Of a stretch of 64,000 nucleotides of DNA, positions 31,701-40,900 are shown one piece after another. The stretch covers positions 325,916-389,915 of the forward strand of contig CAVRET010000001.1 in assembly GCA_963720265.1 (NCBI GenBank), written 5' to 3'. Under the pieces are notes generated by a model, which was not told where the DNA came from, did not search any database, and was given only the letters and a program-made list of their open reading frames with translations. Source of the DNA: an uncultured bacterium. GTDB taxonomy: Bacteria; Patescibacteriota; Saccharimonadia; UBA4664. Positions within the stretch are counted from its first letter, which is position 1, and each line of letters begins with the position of its first letter. Made by a program: the position numbers and the translations under genes.

Positions 31701-33103
31701 CATACAGCTCAAATAATGGGACCTCTAGTACCTCATCTTTATCGGCTTCTTCAGCACCTGGGCAGGTTGTGTTCGATTATCTGGTTGTTTCAGCAACAGC
31801 CTCCACTACGCCCGCGACGACTCAATCGGGCCAGACGATGCTAAGTAGTGTCACCGACGCTGCTACGAATCTTATCCAGTTTGCCGACAGTGATAGGGCT
31901 GCGTCTTTGTCGAGTGGTAACACCACAATGGGTTGGAATAGTATGGCCAATGCGGGTGCAAACGGTTGGGTTGAGTCGTCTATTGGTCTTAATTCAACCA
32001 ATACGAACGTATCTGAAAACGTGACCTCCGCGGTCGCAAGTATAACCAACAACTGTACGGCTACGGGTAGTGGAGACAGCATCTGTGCGGATGCCTCGAA
32101 TGTGCTTAAGTTGAACCAGCAGTACTCGAATGCAACGGGTGCGGAGTTGCTGCTGCAGAGTGCAGGCACCGGTGACATGCTCGATACAGAAAATGCTGGC
32201 GGTACGATTCTTGACAAGATTATGGCTAATGGGAGTATCGTGATTGGGCCTTCCGGTGGAGGGTATACGCCGGCCACATTAACACTCGGTACTGGAACCG
32301 GCGCTGATCCAGCAGGCGTGGCCGGGGCCATGTATTACAATACAGCGCTTGATGAGTACCGGTGCTACGGCGACAATGGCGAGTGGTCACCATGCGGAAC
32401 GCTGCCGATTGATGCTAGTTATGATTTAAATGAAGACTTTTTGGGCGGGTCGGCGGTCGCTACAACAGCCACTACCGGCATCGGCAGTAATAACTGGACT
32501 GTGACAACGATTGGTACCGCCTGCACTTCGCTCGGCTATGGTGGCAGTGGCGGGCAGTACTTGGTTAGTGCTGCCAGGCCCGGGATATTGACTACGGCAA
32601 CATCCGCCACGAGCGGTGCCGGATGTACGGTGGCACTGGGTGGTGCTGCCGACATGAAAGTGGGGGCCGGGGAAGACATAAAGGCGTCGGTGGGGGTCAG
32701 TAGTGCTTCCGCCCATATTTACCGTGTGGGACTTCTGACTGAAACTAATTCGGCCACTGCGCCCAATTTCGGTGTGTGGTGGGAAGCCGACTCCGGTTCC
32801 GGCCACGCTGGCGCCACCGACTGGCAGTATTGCTACGGGACCGGGTCAGCTGTTACCTGCGGGGATAGTGGTATTGCTATTGGTACGCTGATATGGTATA
32901 GACTTGAGATTCAGATCGTAAGTGCCACGGCTATTAACTACTACATTAATGGCACACTGAAGCCGGTAACAGGCATTACTCTCGGGACGAGTACTGCAGT
33001 TGGTCCTGATATCGTTTGTGCCAATGACACCGGTACGGCTACGGCATTTAGCTGTAATACCGACTACTACCAGTTACGTGCGGATGATGGGGCGCTCAGG
33101 TAA
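19724..33103 (+). CDS. Giant secreted modular surface protein, 4459 aa from the GTG start (alternative ATG at 19775).
   Basis: Uninterrupted 13.4-kb ORF. N-terminal signal peptide (MRLTLIGVGLLLGSLAMLVPSTSKA). N-domain is paralogous to that of 34911..49142 (NFQGRLLTAAGAVVPDGSYNIEFKLYKNG ... KNGYFSVQLGSITALPS ... PMKQLGAAPYAINAANAN). Ten or more TAFQVQNASG-type punctuation motifs. Jelly-roll/CBM-like modules (YTYSIWVRAD...WQRFSVT...YAWGAQL). A Kelch-like propeller at 29.9-30.8 kb. A lectin-like C-terminal domain. Confidence 0.85.
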   Translation: MIYRSGIRRINKSVLPRMRLTLIGVGLLLGSLAMLVPSTSKASSSSVNGTINFQGRLLTAAGAVVPDGSYNIEFKLYKNGNGQSAGDSGGSPAGSLLWTEDWVYGTGSPDNRVVVKNGYFSVQLGSITALPSNLSLDESNLWLSMNIENPTGATLQCTGFSSNSPTGCSGGDGEMTPMKQLGAAPYAINAANANQVNSYGLSNNFLDLAAPSGISAANGSAGSVPGTVCYTVTATNANGETVATNNSGTVTPGGTHVVNVTWSQVTGATGYKIYRNTSCSFTSGSLFLTTITSGSITTYQDTATSTSAGLPPTTVTGGTVDIQAWSSQTSNLLQLQNSSGTNVLSVDPSGDTTVAGVITVAGGAAQDITTAGAATATAITIQPGTSSTASTGATLNLQGGNDSGTSGVTAGTVAIQGGNATGASGTRNGGNVTIDAGTGANANGSITIGGTASGTNTTGVTVNVATDATASGKTDTINIGTGNGAGGSGTAKAVNIASGTPGGTEINTVLIGSLANASTTTLQGGTSGTGIALTTGSGGTIALTAAGAGNVTVTATNASLNSSGVLNVVGGSAGFNIGGSTTTGNYLRNNGTNFVSSAIQYGDIPTCGGTCNYIGNQITTQSNANFNIKSAASSSVGGAIQGATSQTADLFDLRDSTGANLLSVSAAGNQELGGYEDVSGMGGFGSFGNLLLQSEALDQTGDWTASNITVTANNTVAPDGTTTAEKLAATVSGTHSMTQICTTGCTTNSVTYTYSIWVRADAANNPTNVQLRIDWNNGSGQTGTAATFSATTTWQRFSVTQAVSASGMVSVTPTLLVSTNSVTVYAWGAQLNLGSTPGVYEQTVLSQIIAGEGEALNGYLTIVSPSNGGITRIDGYGNMSLAGQLTTGDMATLNTYTTSDSALQAVQVGSGFTVPTAIIDGGTSPGAGADLLQLQSNGTPVARFNNAGNLFVASAINTQTGGGTLSVQTTGNGAITTGSGLLTDGGNLTVQGTTTTLGATGSANTLGFANTTAATGATIDFASTSVGIGNSLTVQGQTGAATDAGGAVNVYGGTGGTTGGGGLVTIQGGAASATSGSAGGGVDIYGANGTGTSTGGAGGSVAIQAGNGTSSGNNSGGNVTLQAGSASGSGATGSVVVKNAANSSTALQLQDTAGVDVLDGSTSTTNLVSQPDITGSTASSWAVKNGSSAPVGDTSNPYETTSSIKTVASGSTAYSGMQTSTFTSALVPNDYYQLTFWAKCSGTIGTFTFGRQDVSGTDINYTTTTCNTTWQQYWATWQAGGTLTSPNIYIDAGTPANATTIWVDGVTLNQVGGLATGPSNYQPGTVYIPGVIGSPVTFENSANSAGAFQVQNSAGANILNVNTSTSTVTVGSSGNDNVSLAVDNTDGTAAIEVRSGGSASYDTFVGVNSGANNALNVGSTQGYQNTGFGNGALQSNSTGSYNTGLGVYALNANHSGSDNTAVGNGALNVMNGGSDDDALGFQSQYDNSSGSYNVSIGSYSQYYIGGSDNTSLGYHSLTNSSDTTGADNTALGYNAASTDSASGFVSDLNLQNATAIGYDSEVQANNSFILGGQGSNAVNVGIGTTIPLNTLSVSPANYSTGTAEIASTGTTVTGSGTTWTNAMVGMQFIFMNGETGTITAVASTTSLTISASQAATGGFINYRIQTPGFNVTSNGAAFIQATNSSAFAVQNAQGESDLVANTTDSTNFILDSDMVLNSGTSLVDWSAVSSATVTQNTTPTDSYLGNTSMNLTTTNASSGQGATTTAFTPSLPTGSGTVYTVSFEAMMSTGTYAASNLKMIATGGGTPSCTGSASETINANGFQQVSCTWAADSGTISGLSILDQTANAMTMYIDDVQLQTGTAATAFNLGTLQLKGVITSPVAVQNVVNSTTALQVQNASGFNVLTVDTLDNSGQGQVILGAASHNNGALVFDNSTNSNTVSLVSGATSGSGYSLTLPTSGPTYNQCLQTGNSSTTQLQFGPCATANANLTKVAESDEHSGNALTFTPSKIGDEIVLFYSSTTASVTVSAMNTTSGTGVTTWTKVTSATGTKGDVDMWMGQVTGTGSTTVTATVTGSPSTFELTQIEYTTSGVSSGTVWQMTNSNTNYITVATTTVTWPSFVAPASQEAYVGYDSNVGGTPSTSGTGPFTYTLTGANNMWVYDSSTVYGSTYAPTTTVASSFPETIGGLLIAYNPSSISNSTATQVANFNVQAATSGSVAGLLQANAAGSGDILDLENGSGNLVDNVTSNGVLQVQSASGVNVLTADNTIDAVTLGGAAAPSYVNEWEANSTSGYPTISAFSPTTIGDVMVVAIKTVPGNKVTSVTDTDVSAWHYVTYNNGNVHEELWYGTITSTASTTMTFNSISGTPCTAGVSCEIVAEEFTAGLGANTNWFATTSNTTTTGSPSSTISFPSLKATVTNGLYWGFAYSGGTAGSCITGGFTCLTTPKGNDVIYDPTMVNGTTYSPTANNTSNVYDTLGMILVASTSNLNVVGTTQLNGAVTSPVVFANSVNSATAFQIQNASGADAFLVDNTNSGLVQSDDTLQIGPGSPGTTTPKFLYLSDVTSNGAGNPLIIGQWNSPGNWGIGPNSNANDNTLRLGVTTANGVNTWSTTQNVSLLVAGTLAVQPTSGNDSTSAFQVASSAGTNLVNVDTANGNVNLGISSSTPALGDTAGSGTADTVYANTIHAGRFQASYTGPITSISAYVGQGGLDGTNKLYQVALYTDTTCFGHQCPGTYIASSAQGTLSGSATWDTAAVSATVTAGTYYWLAYTSNSTITNDNTLSYNTAAAGSLDEETGFTFGSGPSNGFPTTFVYQPPQAGYSYSIYATYGSGYATTINSSGTLTQNAAAVFKDETSSATALQVQNTDGESVFQTGTTQAVDGITNYVADSEFALGSGACPLTDWSVVGSPTTCAQNTTAANSYEADTSLQLVTTASAGQGASTSTFTATPTTTSSGQGSIWTVSFYAEQTSGTTPITGANLTAATTGVVSSNTCTINGSTSTPLSATGFAQVVCTLTYSSGGNITGLTIETSGTVTADTIYLSNVQYQVGTATTGFVTAPQIGQLSLRGVINTPIEMQNNANSSTAFQIQNAGGNALVDVNSNNVNINTTSVNGTGLSTVNSAKEWSVLESTTVVANPATNSYTWTNGVSPHTVGNVMVMGIGIASTTFSVSSITGGGVTNWHKITANAPGTTDHTELWYGTVTSAGTTNVVINFSGTVNVPTELINQEFTAGLGAGTNWSVTTSGQQSNGSSTSMTFPSLTSGANGGIYVGYGNEAANNATVGTSPGFTFEPTPTNLDMYLYNPSLAANTVYQPIAGITGAAVSNVTGAILTASADNTFSTNGSTVVGGAASQTAFQVQNASGGSVFNVDSSNNIISLESGYSGTIGSWQPDTNSLPAIMGTGAAVAANGYVYEESGSNNGTVNGDLYSAKLNPDGTVGTWSAALTVPSTPVKFEATVATNGYIYELGGTNNGGTDQSTVQYAQILPNGTLGAWSTTTVLPALTSRAAAVAANGYIYVIGGDTAGGTTGSTIVYYGKVNADGTISNWTTGGALTAASRDIQAVYANGYIIAAGGGDGTNAQTTVQTSAVPAAGGANGAFSTTGDTALTGGRAQATMGVANGYVYVVGGRNTDSTNAPQTSTYYGQLNSAGQIGSWSSVSTADALPIPVFGHSMVTVNGYMIIMGGFNSSGTLVSGVYTATTARIAVDASLDLVGSSSGTLADGGDQSTGSSGGSLTAGNTNIVGSLQVADQADFNSNISVDGNLVQDGDSYENSSQTTGTAFTLTDSSLTTGTLATFTTGTSTTNLTSGNLVNVATVSAVQSAGSLVNVSNTANLVTSAGSDAANLVNVSRSLTATISGGTSNVPTVDPAGTGTGPESLNNTTGTNSWSNNFTVASHSNEILLVQVGYIATSCANYHLTSVTYNGTAMTLLSYNQMTNDCVGFYYLLAPTTGSAKALIVNSTASDNFTENISAWYNVNQTTPFTTVGGGAYSSNNGTSSTSSLSASSAPGQVVFDYLVVSATASTTPATTQSGQTMLSSVTDAATNLIQFADSDRAASLSSGNTTMGWNSMANAGANGWVESSIGLNSTNTNVSENVTSAVASITNNCTATGSGDSICADASNVLKLNQQYSNATGAELLLQSAGTGDMLDTENAGGTILDKIMANGSIVIGPSGGGYTPATLTLGTGTGADPAGVAGAMYYNTALDEYRCYGDNGEWSPCGTLPIDASYDLNEDFLGGSAVATTATTGIGSNNWTVTTIGTACTSLGYGGSGGQYLVSAARPGILTTATSATSGAGCTVALGGAADMKVGAGEDIKASVGVSSASAHIYRVGLLTETNSATAPNFGVWWEADSGSGHAGATDWQYCYGTGSAVTCGDSGIAIGTLIWYRLEIQIVSATAINYYINGTLKPVTGITLGTSTAVGPDIVCANDTGTATAFSCNTDYYQLRADDGALR

Positions 33104-33113
33104 TTAGGGTATG

Positions 33114-33719
33114 CTAGTTTTTATCCGGGGCCAGGTTATCAACAATTGACCGCATCGCATCCGCACCGATTGGCTTTGGAGCATTGATGAGGATCCAGGT
33201 ACCATCATTGGTAAACAGCGCTCCGGTGGTACGGTCAACAAGATCCGAAATGTAGGCGTGGCCGTACTCGTTATTGTAGACGGCATCTGCCTTTAGTGTG
33301 CTGGTGTCGAAACCTGGCGGGATCGCTTCCTCGGTAAACGCTAGCGTGTTACCGGCTGAATCCTCCATGCCGAATTCGAGTACGTTGTCTTGATAGTCGA
33401 CGGTACCGGCTTCGAGATTGAAATTGGAGGTAAAGTTTGGTTTAAAGTAGTAGAGTGTGAAGCCGGAAGCTTGGTTGACGGCGGATTGCGGAAGGGCGTC
33501 GGGTGGTTGTTTGGGCGACTGGGCAGGGATGAGAGCAAAGGCTGAGCCGACAGCTGCCAGCGCTATCACGATGGATCCGGCAACTATGAGAGATTTTCTC
33601 GAGGGCACACTGATGTGCGGCAAGGTGAAACGGCGAGCTGCATTTCTCCCCCGTTTTAGCATTTTGAGCCTTTGCTCTAGTTCTTCTGGTGCTCGTTCGG
33701 GTATAAAACGCTTGATCAT
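33114..33719 (-). CDS. Small membrane-anchored partner protein convergent with giant gene 1 (N-in, single TM, extracytoplasmic domain).
   Basis: Start set at MIKRFIPERAPEELEQRLKMLKRGR; the longer ORF extension is GC noise. TM segment LIVAGSIVIALAAVGSAFALI. The N-terminal 25 aa are near-identical to those of 49156..49770. Confidence 0.65.
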   Translation of the reverse strand: MIKRFIPERAPEELEQRLKMLKRGRNAARRFTLPHISVPSRKSLIVAGSIVIALAAVGSAFALIPAQSPKQPPDALPQSAVNQASGFTLYYFKPNFTSNFNLEAGTVDYQDNVLEFGMEDSAGNTLAFTEEAIPPGFDTSTLKADAVYNNEYGHAYISDLVDRTTGALFTNDGTWILINAPKPIGADAMRSIVDNLAPDKN

Positions 33720-33818
33720 GCTTACTAGATTACACGAAATGGCGGGCGCGGCCAGTGGCGGAGTTTGGACGGCTTTAAGCGTAAGGAGTATATTCAGAAT
33801 ACTAATGTGAGGTGAGGC

Positions 33819-34547
33819 GTGGTTAATATGGGCAAGTTTGTGCCGCGTAAGAGCGGGTATGTGATCGGTTTGGTCGTGGCGTCGCTTGTGGGTGGGTTGG
33901 TGTCTGCTGCTGCTTTGGCAGCGATTCCGGATGCAAGTGGGTTGATCCATGGATGCTATAACACGAAAAGTGGTGCCATGAAGGTTATTGATGGCTCGAC
34001 GGGATCGTGCACCAATAAGCAGACTGCGCTCAATTGGTACCAGGGCGGCACACCGGTTGTGCAAGATGCTAACGGGCAGGCGCTTGGAACATTGATGATG
34101 TCTGGACTTAATGCCTCTGGCTTTGCTCCTAGCCCTACTGCGGTGTTCAATTCGCAGCTCAGCCGAGTAGTATATATAGGCATAAGCGCAGCAGATAATA
34201 CTAGCCTGCTCGTTGGCTATCCGGACGGTAGTTCTGTGGGCGGTTCTACCTATGACATATACTTTCAAAGTTCTGATTGCACGGGGCAAGCTTATGTCGT
34301 TAGCCAGGGCCCTGCTCTGAAAACCTTGCTTTTGAGCTGGCAAACAAGCTCCGGTACCCAAAGTTACGACGTTGTTGCTGATAATGCGCAACCACAAAGT
34401 TTCACTGCTAATAGTCAGGATTACGCTGGAACGTGTCAGAACGGTGCACAGCTTGGCTTGCCACATACTGTTTCGGGGGCATACCAGGCGACTGAGGTGA
34501 GCTTGCCATTCAGCGTGCCGGTGGCTACTCCCTTACAGTTTAACTAA
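33819..34547 (+). CDS. Secreted hypothetical protein (242 aa).
   Basis: SD-like gaggtgagg upstream. Signal peptide KSGYVIGLVVASLVGGLVSAAALAA. Cys pairs present. No family recognised. Confidence 0.55.
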   Translation: MVNMGKFVPRKSGYVIGLVVASLVGGLVSAAALAAIPDASGLIHGCYNTKSGAMKVIDGSTGSCTNKQTALNWYQGGTPVVQDANGQALGTLMMSGLNASGFAPSPTAVFNSQLSRVVYIGISAADNTSLLVGYPDGSSVGGSTYDIYFQSSDCTGQAYVVSQGPALKTLLLSWQTSSGTQSYDVVADNAQPQSFTANSQDYAGTCQNGAQLGLPHTVSGAYQATEVSLPFSVPVATPLQFN

Positions 34548-34682
34548 GCCTTGTGGCGTTGAGCGCTTGCAGCGACTTAAAGCTCTGTGGCAGTGCCTCG
34601 GCTTGTTTCTTGGTGAAGCTTGAAATGTTGGGTATGTGCATTGGTCACCTGACTCCATAGCGGCATAGGTAAAAACTGCGGC

Positions 34683-34712
34683 AACAGCCCGCCTGAACCG
34701 GCGGGTCTTTGC
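34683..34712 (+). terminator. Intrinsic terminator after 33819..34547.
   Basis: cccgcc-tgaa-ccggcggg hairpin followed by tctttgcttttg. Confidence 0.55.
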
Positions 34713-34833
34713 TTTTGAAAAGTGTGTTGTGTATTTTGCTAGTTGATTTGTGTGAATTTCTAAAAACCAGATATGGGCGTGATTGTGCAACATGACAATT
34801 ATTCACACAGTTTTCGATGTGATGAAAATGCCT

Positions 34834-34861
34834 TTGCGATGGTAAAATTTATTACTATAAT
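34834..34861 (+). promoter_or_regulatory. Strong sigma70-type promoter candidate for giant gene 2.
   Basis: TTGCGA - 16 nt - TATAAT inside an AT-rich 200-bp leader (34700-34910) in an otherwise GC-rich region. Confidence 0.45.
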
Positions 34862-34910
34862 GCTTGCGCTTTGTGAGGCTGGCATGTAAAATTAACAACG
34901 TATGTAGTTT

Positions 34911-37900
34911 GTGAGGAATTGGTCTCTGTACGGCGCTAGAACAAGTCGCCACGTTGTCCAAAACATGCTACGCATCTCCCTGGCTTTCGTTGCTGTAGGG
35001 CTTGTTTCGGTCTCGCTTTTGACAGCGGGCACAGCTCGCGCTACCTCAGGCACGATTAATGATACAATGAATTTCCAAGGGCGACTGCTGACGGCGGCCG
35101 GGGCAGTGGTGCCGGATGGAAATTACAACATTGAATTCAAGATTTACAAGAATGGTGACGGGCAGTCGACTGGGGACACAACCGGGAGCCCGTCCGGGAC
35201 GCTTTTGTGGACCGAGGATTGGCTTAATAACAACTCCGTAACGGCTAATACCATTCCTGTGGTGATCAAGAACGGCTACTTTTCGGTACAGCTGGGCTCG
35301 ATTACGACACTACCGAGTACCGTTACCTTGGACGAGAGCGTGCTGTGGCTGTCGATGACGGTGGCCGGTAGTGCGGGCGCGACCTCGACGAGCTGTACGA
35401 CGTTTTCGGCCTGTAACTCATCAGGTGAGCCGGAAATGCTGCCAATGAAATCGCTGTCGGCGGCGCCGTATGCGATTAACGCAGCTAACGCCAATACGCT
35501 GGGCGGGCTCACGAGCAGCCAGTTTATCCAAAACACCACCTCGCCGCAGTCGAGCGCGAACATCGACATTGCGTCCGGGAATGCGGCGGATCCGGCGGCC
35601 AAGCTTCAGCAGGCCTCGTCGGCCACGGCGCCGGTGCTCACACTGGAACTTGGCGGTTCACCGGGCGTTGGCGGCGATTTGCTCGATTTGCAGGACTCGA
35701 GCACTGCTGTGCTGGATAAGTTTGATTCGAGTGGGAATCTGACGCTTGGTAATAATTCCAATAAAACGATTTCGGTGGCGCCGGCAGCTTCTGGGGGCGG
35801 CAGCAGTCTGACACTCATGGCCGGTAATGGTGCGAGTGGTACAAATGCCGGCGGTAACCTGATACTTGAGGCGGGCGCCTCCACGGGCGGTGCGGCCGGC
35901 GGCAGCATTATTGTGAAGCCGCAGACTGATTCCACGACTGCTTTCCAGGTGGAGAATGCCTCAGGAGCTGCTCTCCTTACCGCTGACGCTGCTAACACTG
36001 CCATTGTTTTAGGCCAAGACACGACACCAACCAACCTAACGGTACGTGGTGGTATCGCATCCGGATCGAACGTCGGTGGCGGTAACATCACCTTCCAAGC
36101 TTCCAATGGTACGGGTGCTGCCGGTTCAGGGTCATTTGTCTTCCAGACCGCAGCTCCGGGCGGAGGTATTACGCTTGATAATACATCGTACACGGGTGGC
36201 AGCGGCAATATCACACTTAGCTTCACGACCGGCAGCGGTAGCAATCGATTGCTCATGGTACAAGCCGAGACCAATGCTAGCCGGTCCTTCAGTGGCATAA
36301 CCTACAACGGTGTGTCGATGACGCAAGTTGCCACTGAGAATTCTCTGACCAATGACGATGGCGTTGGGGCTCATGTGGAACTCTGGTATCTCGTGAATCC
36401 TGCCAGCGGTACCCATAACATCGTTGCTACCATGGTCGGTTCAGGTGCCGGTTCATTGGCTGCCGCCAGTTTTACTAACGTCAATCAGACGACACCGCTC
36501 GGCACAGCCGCGACCGGGAATGGTACGGCTTCGGGGACGCAGCAGAGCAGCCTGTCAGTGGCGACCTCGGCCGGACAATTGGTGATTGATGGGATTGGCA
36601 CTGACGTGCCGAGTTCAGGCGTGGGTGTTGATAGCCCGCCGGCCAGTGGCCAGACGCAATTATGGTATTCGGCCAATTCCCCCAGCCTTTATGGCGCCGC
36701 TGGATCGACGGCGCCGGGTACTGGTTCGACGGTATTCATGAAGTGGAACGTCACGAACGCTGACTGGGCCGATATCGCGGTTCCCATTAACCCGGCCTCG
36801 AATTCAACGGCCGATACTCTGAACAATGACCTGGTGATCGCAAACAGCGGGAACGTCGGGATCGACAACTCTAGCCCCCAGAATACGCTCGATGTGAGCG
36901 GCACGGCGAGGGTGCAGTCAACCACAAACTCGGCGACGGCTTTCCAAGTGCAGGATGCGAGTGGTTCAAGTTTGCTTGATGTCGATACGGCCAATACGGT
37001 GGTAAATGTTGGTACCGCCGGAAGTACCGCCGTCAATGTGGGCGGCACAGCGGGTTCGATTGGGCGAACTTCGATTGGGTCGGTACAGGATGTGGGTGCG
37101 AATAATCTGATCGTCGGTTATCAATATACTGCTCCTTCGACCGGAAGTATTGGCTCAATGTCGGCATATATTGGCGCAAACGTTCAGTCATCACCATACA
37201 ACCAATATCAATTTGCTTTGTATTCAGACAATGGCAGTAACGCGCCAAACGCGTATTTGGCTTCGTCGGCGGTCGGGACGGAGGCCGCGAATACCTGGAA
37301 CACCTTGCCAATCTCGTACAGTGTCACTTCAGGAACCAAATACTGGCTGGTTATGTGGACGAATACTACCAACTCAGCGGACAACGCGCCAAACGGAGAC
37401 ACTAATGTAGCGAGTTCATATGTTGCTTATACCACTGGCCAGACTTTTGGCAGTGGACCCGATAACGGTTTCCCCGCCACATTCCCTACGCCAACGTACG
37501 ACGCCAGCCAATACCCCGATAGCGTATATGCGAGCTACAATAGTACTTCCGGTCCGGCGGTGACCGTGAGCTCGACAGGTACTCTTGGTGTATATGGTTC
37601 GGCCATATTTGAGAGCGGCAGCGATTCAACCACCGCATTCCAGATCCAAAACGCCAGTGCCGCGAGCCTGTTTAATGTGGACACTTCAAACGATGTAGTC
37701 GACGTTGGCGCTACCGGAACCACAGGTCCGTCCACGACCGTCAATATTGGGACATCGTCGAATGCTGCTCAAACGGTAAACCTTGGGTCGACGGACGGCG
37801 CCAGCGCTACTACCATTCAGGGCGGTACTGGCAACGTGTCCATTAACACCGGAGCGGGTTCTGGCAGTACCGGCTCGATAACCGTCGAAAGCGGCAATTC

Positions 37901-40900
37901 ATCGGGCGGTGATTCGGGCAACATTACTGTCGATACCGGCACTAATTCGCCGGGCGGAACAGTGGTTGAGGACGACACGTTTGAGGGCAGCGGGACGGGT
38001 AGTGTTGACGGCTACACGAACAACGATTCGAGCGTAACGCCGACGGCCAGCAACACGACCGCTCACGGCGGCAGTTACAGCTTGAAGCTGACTGAGGCCG
38101 GGAGCTACTGGTACGCATTCAACGCTGGAACTCAGTCTGTCACCCCGGGCCATGTGTACGCGTTCTCGGCGTGGGTCAAGGCCGCTAGCACCAGCGAGAC
38201 AATGTCTGGCTATCTTTACTGGGCTTGTGGCGATGATACGTATCACGCTTGGGGATTCGCGACGGCCGTGTCGTCGGGTTGGACGCAAATGACCGGGACG
38301 CTCACGGCGCCGGCTGTGAATTCCGGCTGCAGCCCAGGCACTGAGACGGTGTCGATGGGTATTACGGACAATACCTTTGGTGGTTCGAGCGGCGAGATTC
38401 AGTACCTGGACGACGTGACCGTGACAGATGAAAGCTTGATTACTGAGCCATCGGTTGATATCGGTACTTCGAATGCGCAGGCTGTTAATATTGGCGGCAA
38501 CAACGCTGGCCAGTACGGCCCCACAACAGTTGAAGGCGGCGGGGGCATTAGTTTACTGGCAGGAACCGGCGCTTCGGTAAACATTGGCACTTCCAACTCG
38601 AATAATGTGACGGTTGGCGACGCCTCAGATATAGACTCGACGACGCTGCAGGGTGGAACGCTGGGAGTGTCCATTAACACGGGAGCGCAGTCTGGCACCA
38701 CCGGCGCGATTACCCTTGAATCGGGCAACTCGAGCGGCGGCGATTCCGGCAACGTCAATATTGACACCGGCACCAACTCGCCCGGCGGCACGCAGGTCCA
38801 GGACGACACGTTTGAGGGAAGTGGGTCAGGTAGTATGGACGGCTACGATAACAATGACGACGGCTTGAGTGCTATTTCGGCAAGTAATACCACTGCCCAC
38901 AGCGGCAGCTATAGCTTGAAGGTGACCGAGAGCTCGGCGTACTGGTTTGCAAATACCAGTGAGGACACAACCGTAACATCGGGGCACGTGTATGCCTTCT
39001 CAGCTTGGGTGAAAGCTGCCAGCACGGGGGAGTCAATAGATGCCAATGTGTACTGGGGCTGCAGTATAGGTGGCATTGTCCAATGGGGGTCAGCCACTTC
39101 CACTTCGTCCGGCTGGACGCAGATCACCGGTACCGCGACGGCGCCGGCTTTGTATCCCGGCTGCATCCCCGGTGACGAATTCGCGCAGCTTACTTTTGGT
39201 GGCATCGCCGGCACCAGCGGGCAGATCGAGTACATAGATGATGCGACGATAACAGATGAGAGCTCAATTACTGAGCCGTCGGTAAATATCGGGACATTGA
39301 ATGCGCAGGCCGTGAACATAGGCGGCAACAACGCTGGCCAGTACGGCCCCACAACAGTTGAAGGCGGCGGGGGCATTAGTTTACTAGCCGGGTCCGGCGC
39401 CCCGATAACCATTGGTACAGGCAACAGCAACAACGTGACAGTCGGCGACGCCTATGATGAAGACGCGACCACGCTGCAAGGCGGCAGCAACGGAGTGAGT
39501 ATCAATACCGGCGACAATTACGATGGTACCGGCTCGATCTCGATCACGACCGGAAATTCTACCAGCGACACGGCTGGCAACATTACCATTGATACCGGAA
39601 CGAGTACGTTCAGTGGGTCGCAGGTGGAGGACGACGACTTTGAGACTGGGACGGATACCTTTGGCTGTTGGTTTGGCTGCGTATCAGCCACCCAATCGGC
39701 GGCGGAGGCCCACGGCGGTTCCGACAGCTTGGCGGTGGCCGAAGATGGCAGCGGTTCGTGGGGTGTGATCGAGGGCTACCCTGGCGTGGCTGCCACCCCG
39801 GGACATGAATACGCCTTTACCGCCTGGGTGCGGGGCACGGCGGCGGAGACGGTTAGCGCCGACGCTTTTTTCCCAGGTTCCGTTGGCCCCGGTGACACCT
39901 ACGACACTGTGACCGATAGCACGAGCGGCTGGACTGAACTTACCGGCGATATGACTGCTCCGGTAGGAGCAACTAACGTATATCTTGGCTTCACCGGTGG
40001 CACCGCCGGCGGTGGGGCGACGGATTACATTGATGACATAACGATCACTGACCTTGGCACAGTTTCGGCGCCAAACATCGCAATTGGTGGGACTAATGCC
40101 CAGCAAGTCACCATCGGCAACGAGAACGAAGGCGGCTACACGAGTATATATGGCGGCGGCGACGGCATTTCGCTTCAAACGTCAAACGGCGGGACCGTTG
40201 CGCTCGGTACGGTAAACCAGTCCAATATTAGCATCGGCGCCGTTGGCAGCAGTACTGAAGATGACGTGGTGCAAATCGACGACACGTCGGGTGGCGGTAC
40301 GAGTATCGTGGACATTGGCGGCACCGCGACTAATGACGGCTCGGATACCGCCAGTACGGTTAACATTCAAGGTGGCCAAACCGGTCTCGTGGTAGCCAAT
40401 GCCGGTGCCACCCTTCAGACCTACACCGATTCCACTACCGCCTTACAGGTGCAAAACTCAAGCGGCGGCGATGTTCTAAACGTCGATACAACCGATGGCC
40501 AAGTCACAGCCGGTAACACCAATACTGCTCGAGCGGAACAGGAATGGGACTCGCACGGTACAAACCAAGCGACACTATCCGACGCGCCTCAGGCTGATGG
40601 CGATTTGCTGATGCTGGCCGTATCGATACCTTCGACCTCAGTTACTGTCTCGTCGGTGTCCGGTGGCGGCGTGAGCAGCTGGAGCAATGCGACTTCGTAC
40701 ACCGACAGCACGGTTGGTTACCGCACCGAGATTTGGGAAGGCACGGTGACCGGCGCCGGCGCCGGTACTATTACGGTCAACTATTCTTCAACGCCGGGGG
40801 GTGGTTGTGAGCTGGCCGCGCAAGAGTTTAGTGCCGGTGTGGGTGCTGGTTGGTCAGTTGTAGCCACTGGACATGCCGTTAATTCTTCGTCGACGACCGT

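Noticed and set aside
33720-34466. Long N-terminal extensions of the partner ORFs (33114..34466 at 450 aa; 49156..50148 at 330 aa).
   Set aside because: The extensions are low-complexity, overlap a plus-strand secreted-protein gene or two tRNA genes, and are not conserved between the two paralogues. The conserved MI(K/E)RFIPER start defines the real genes.
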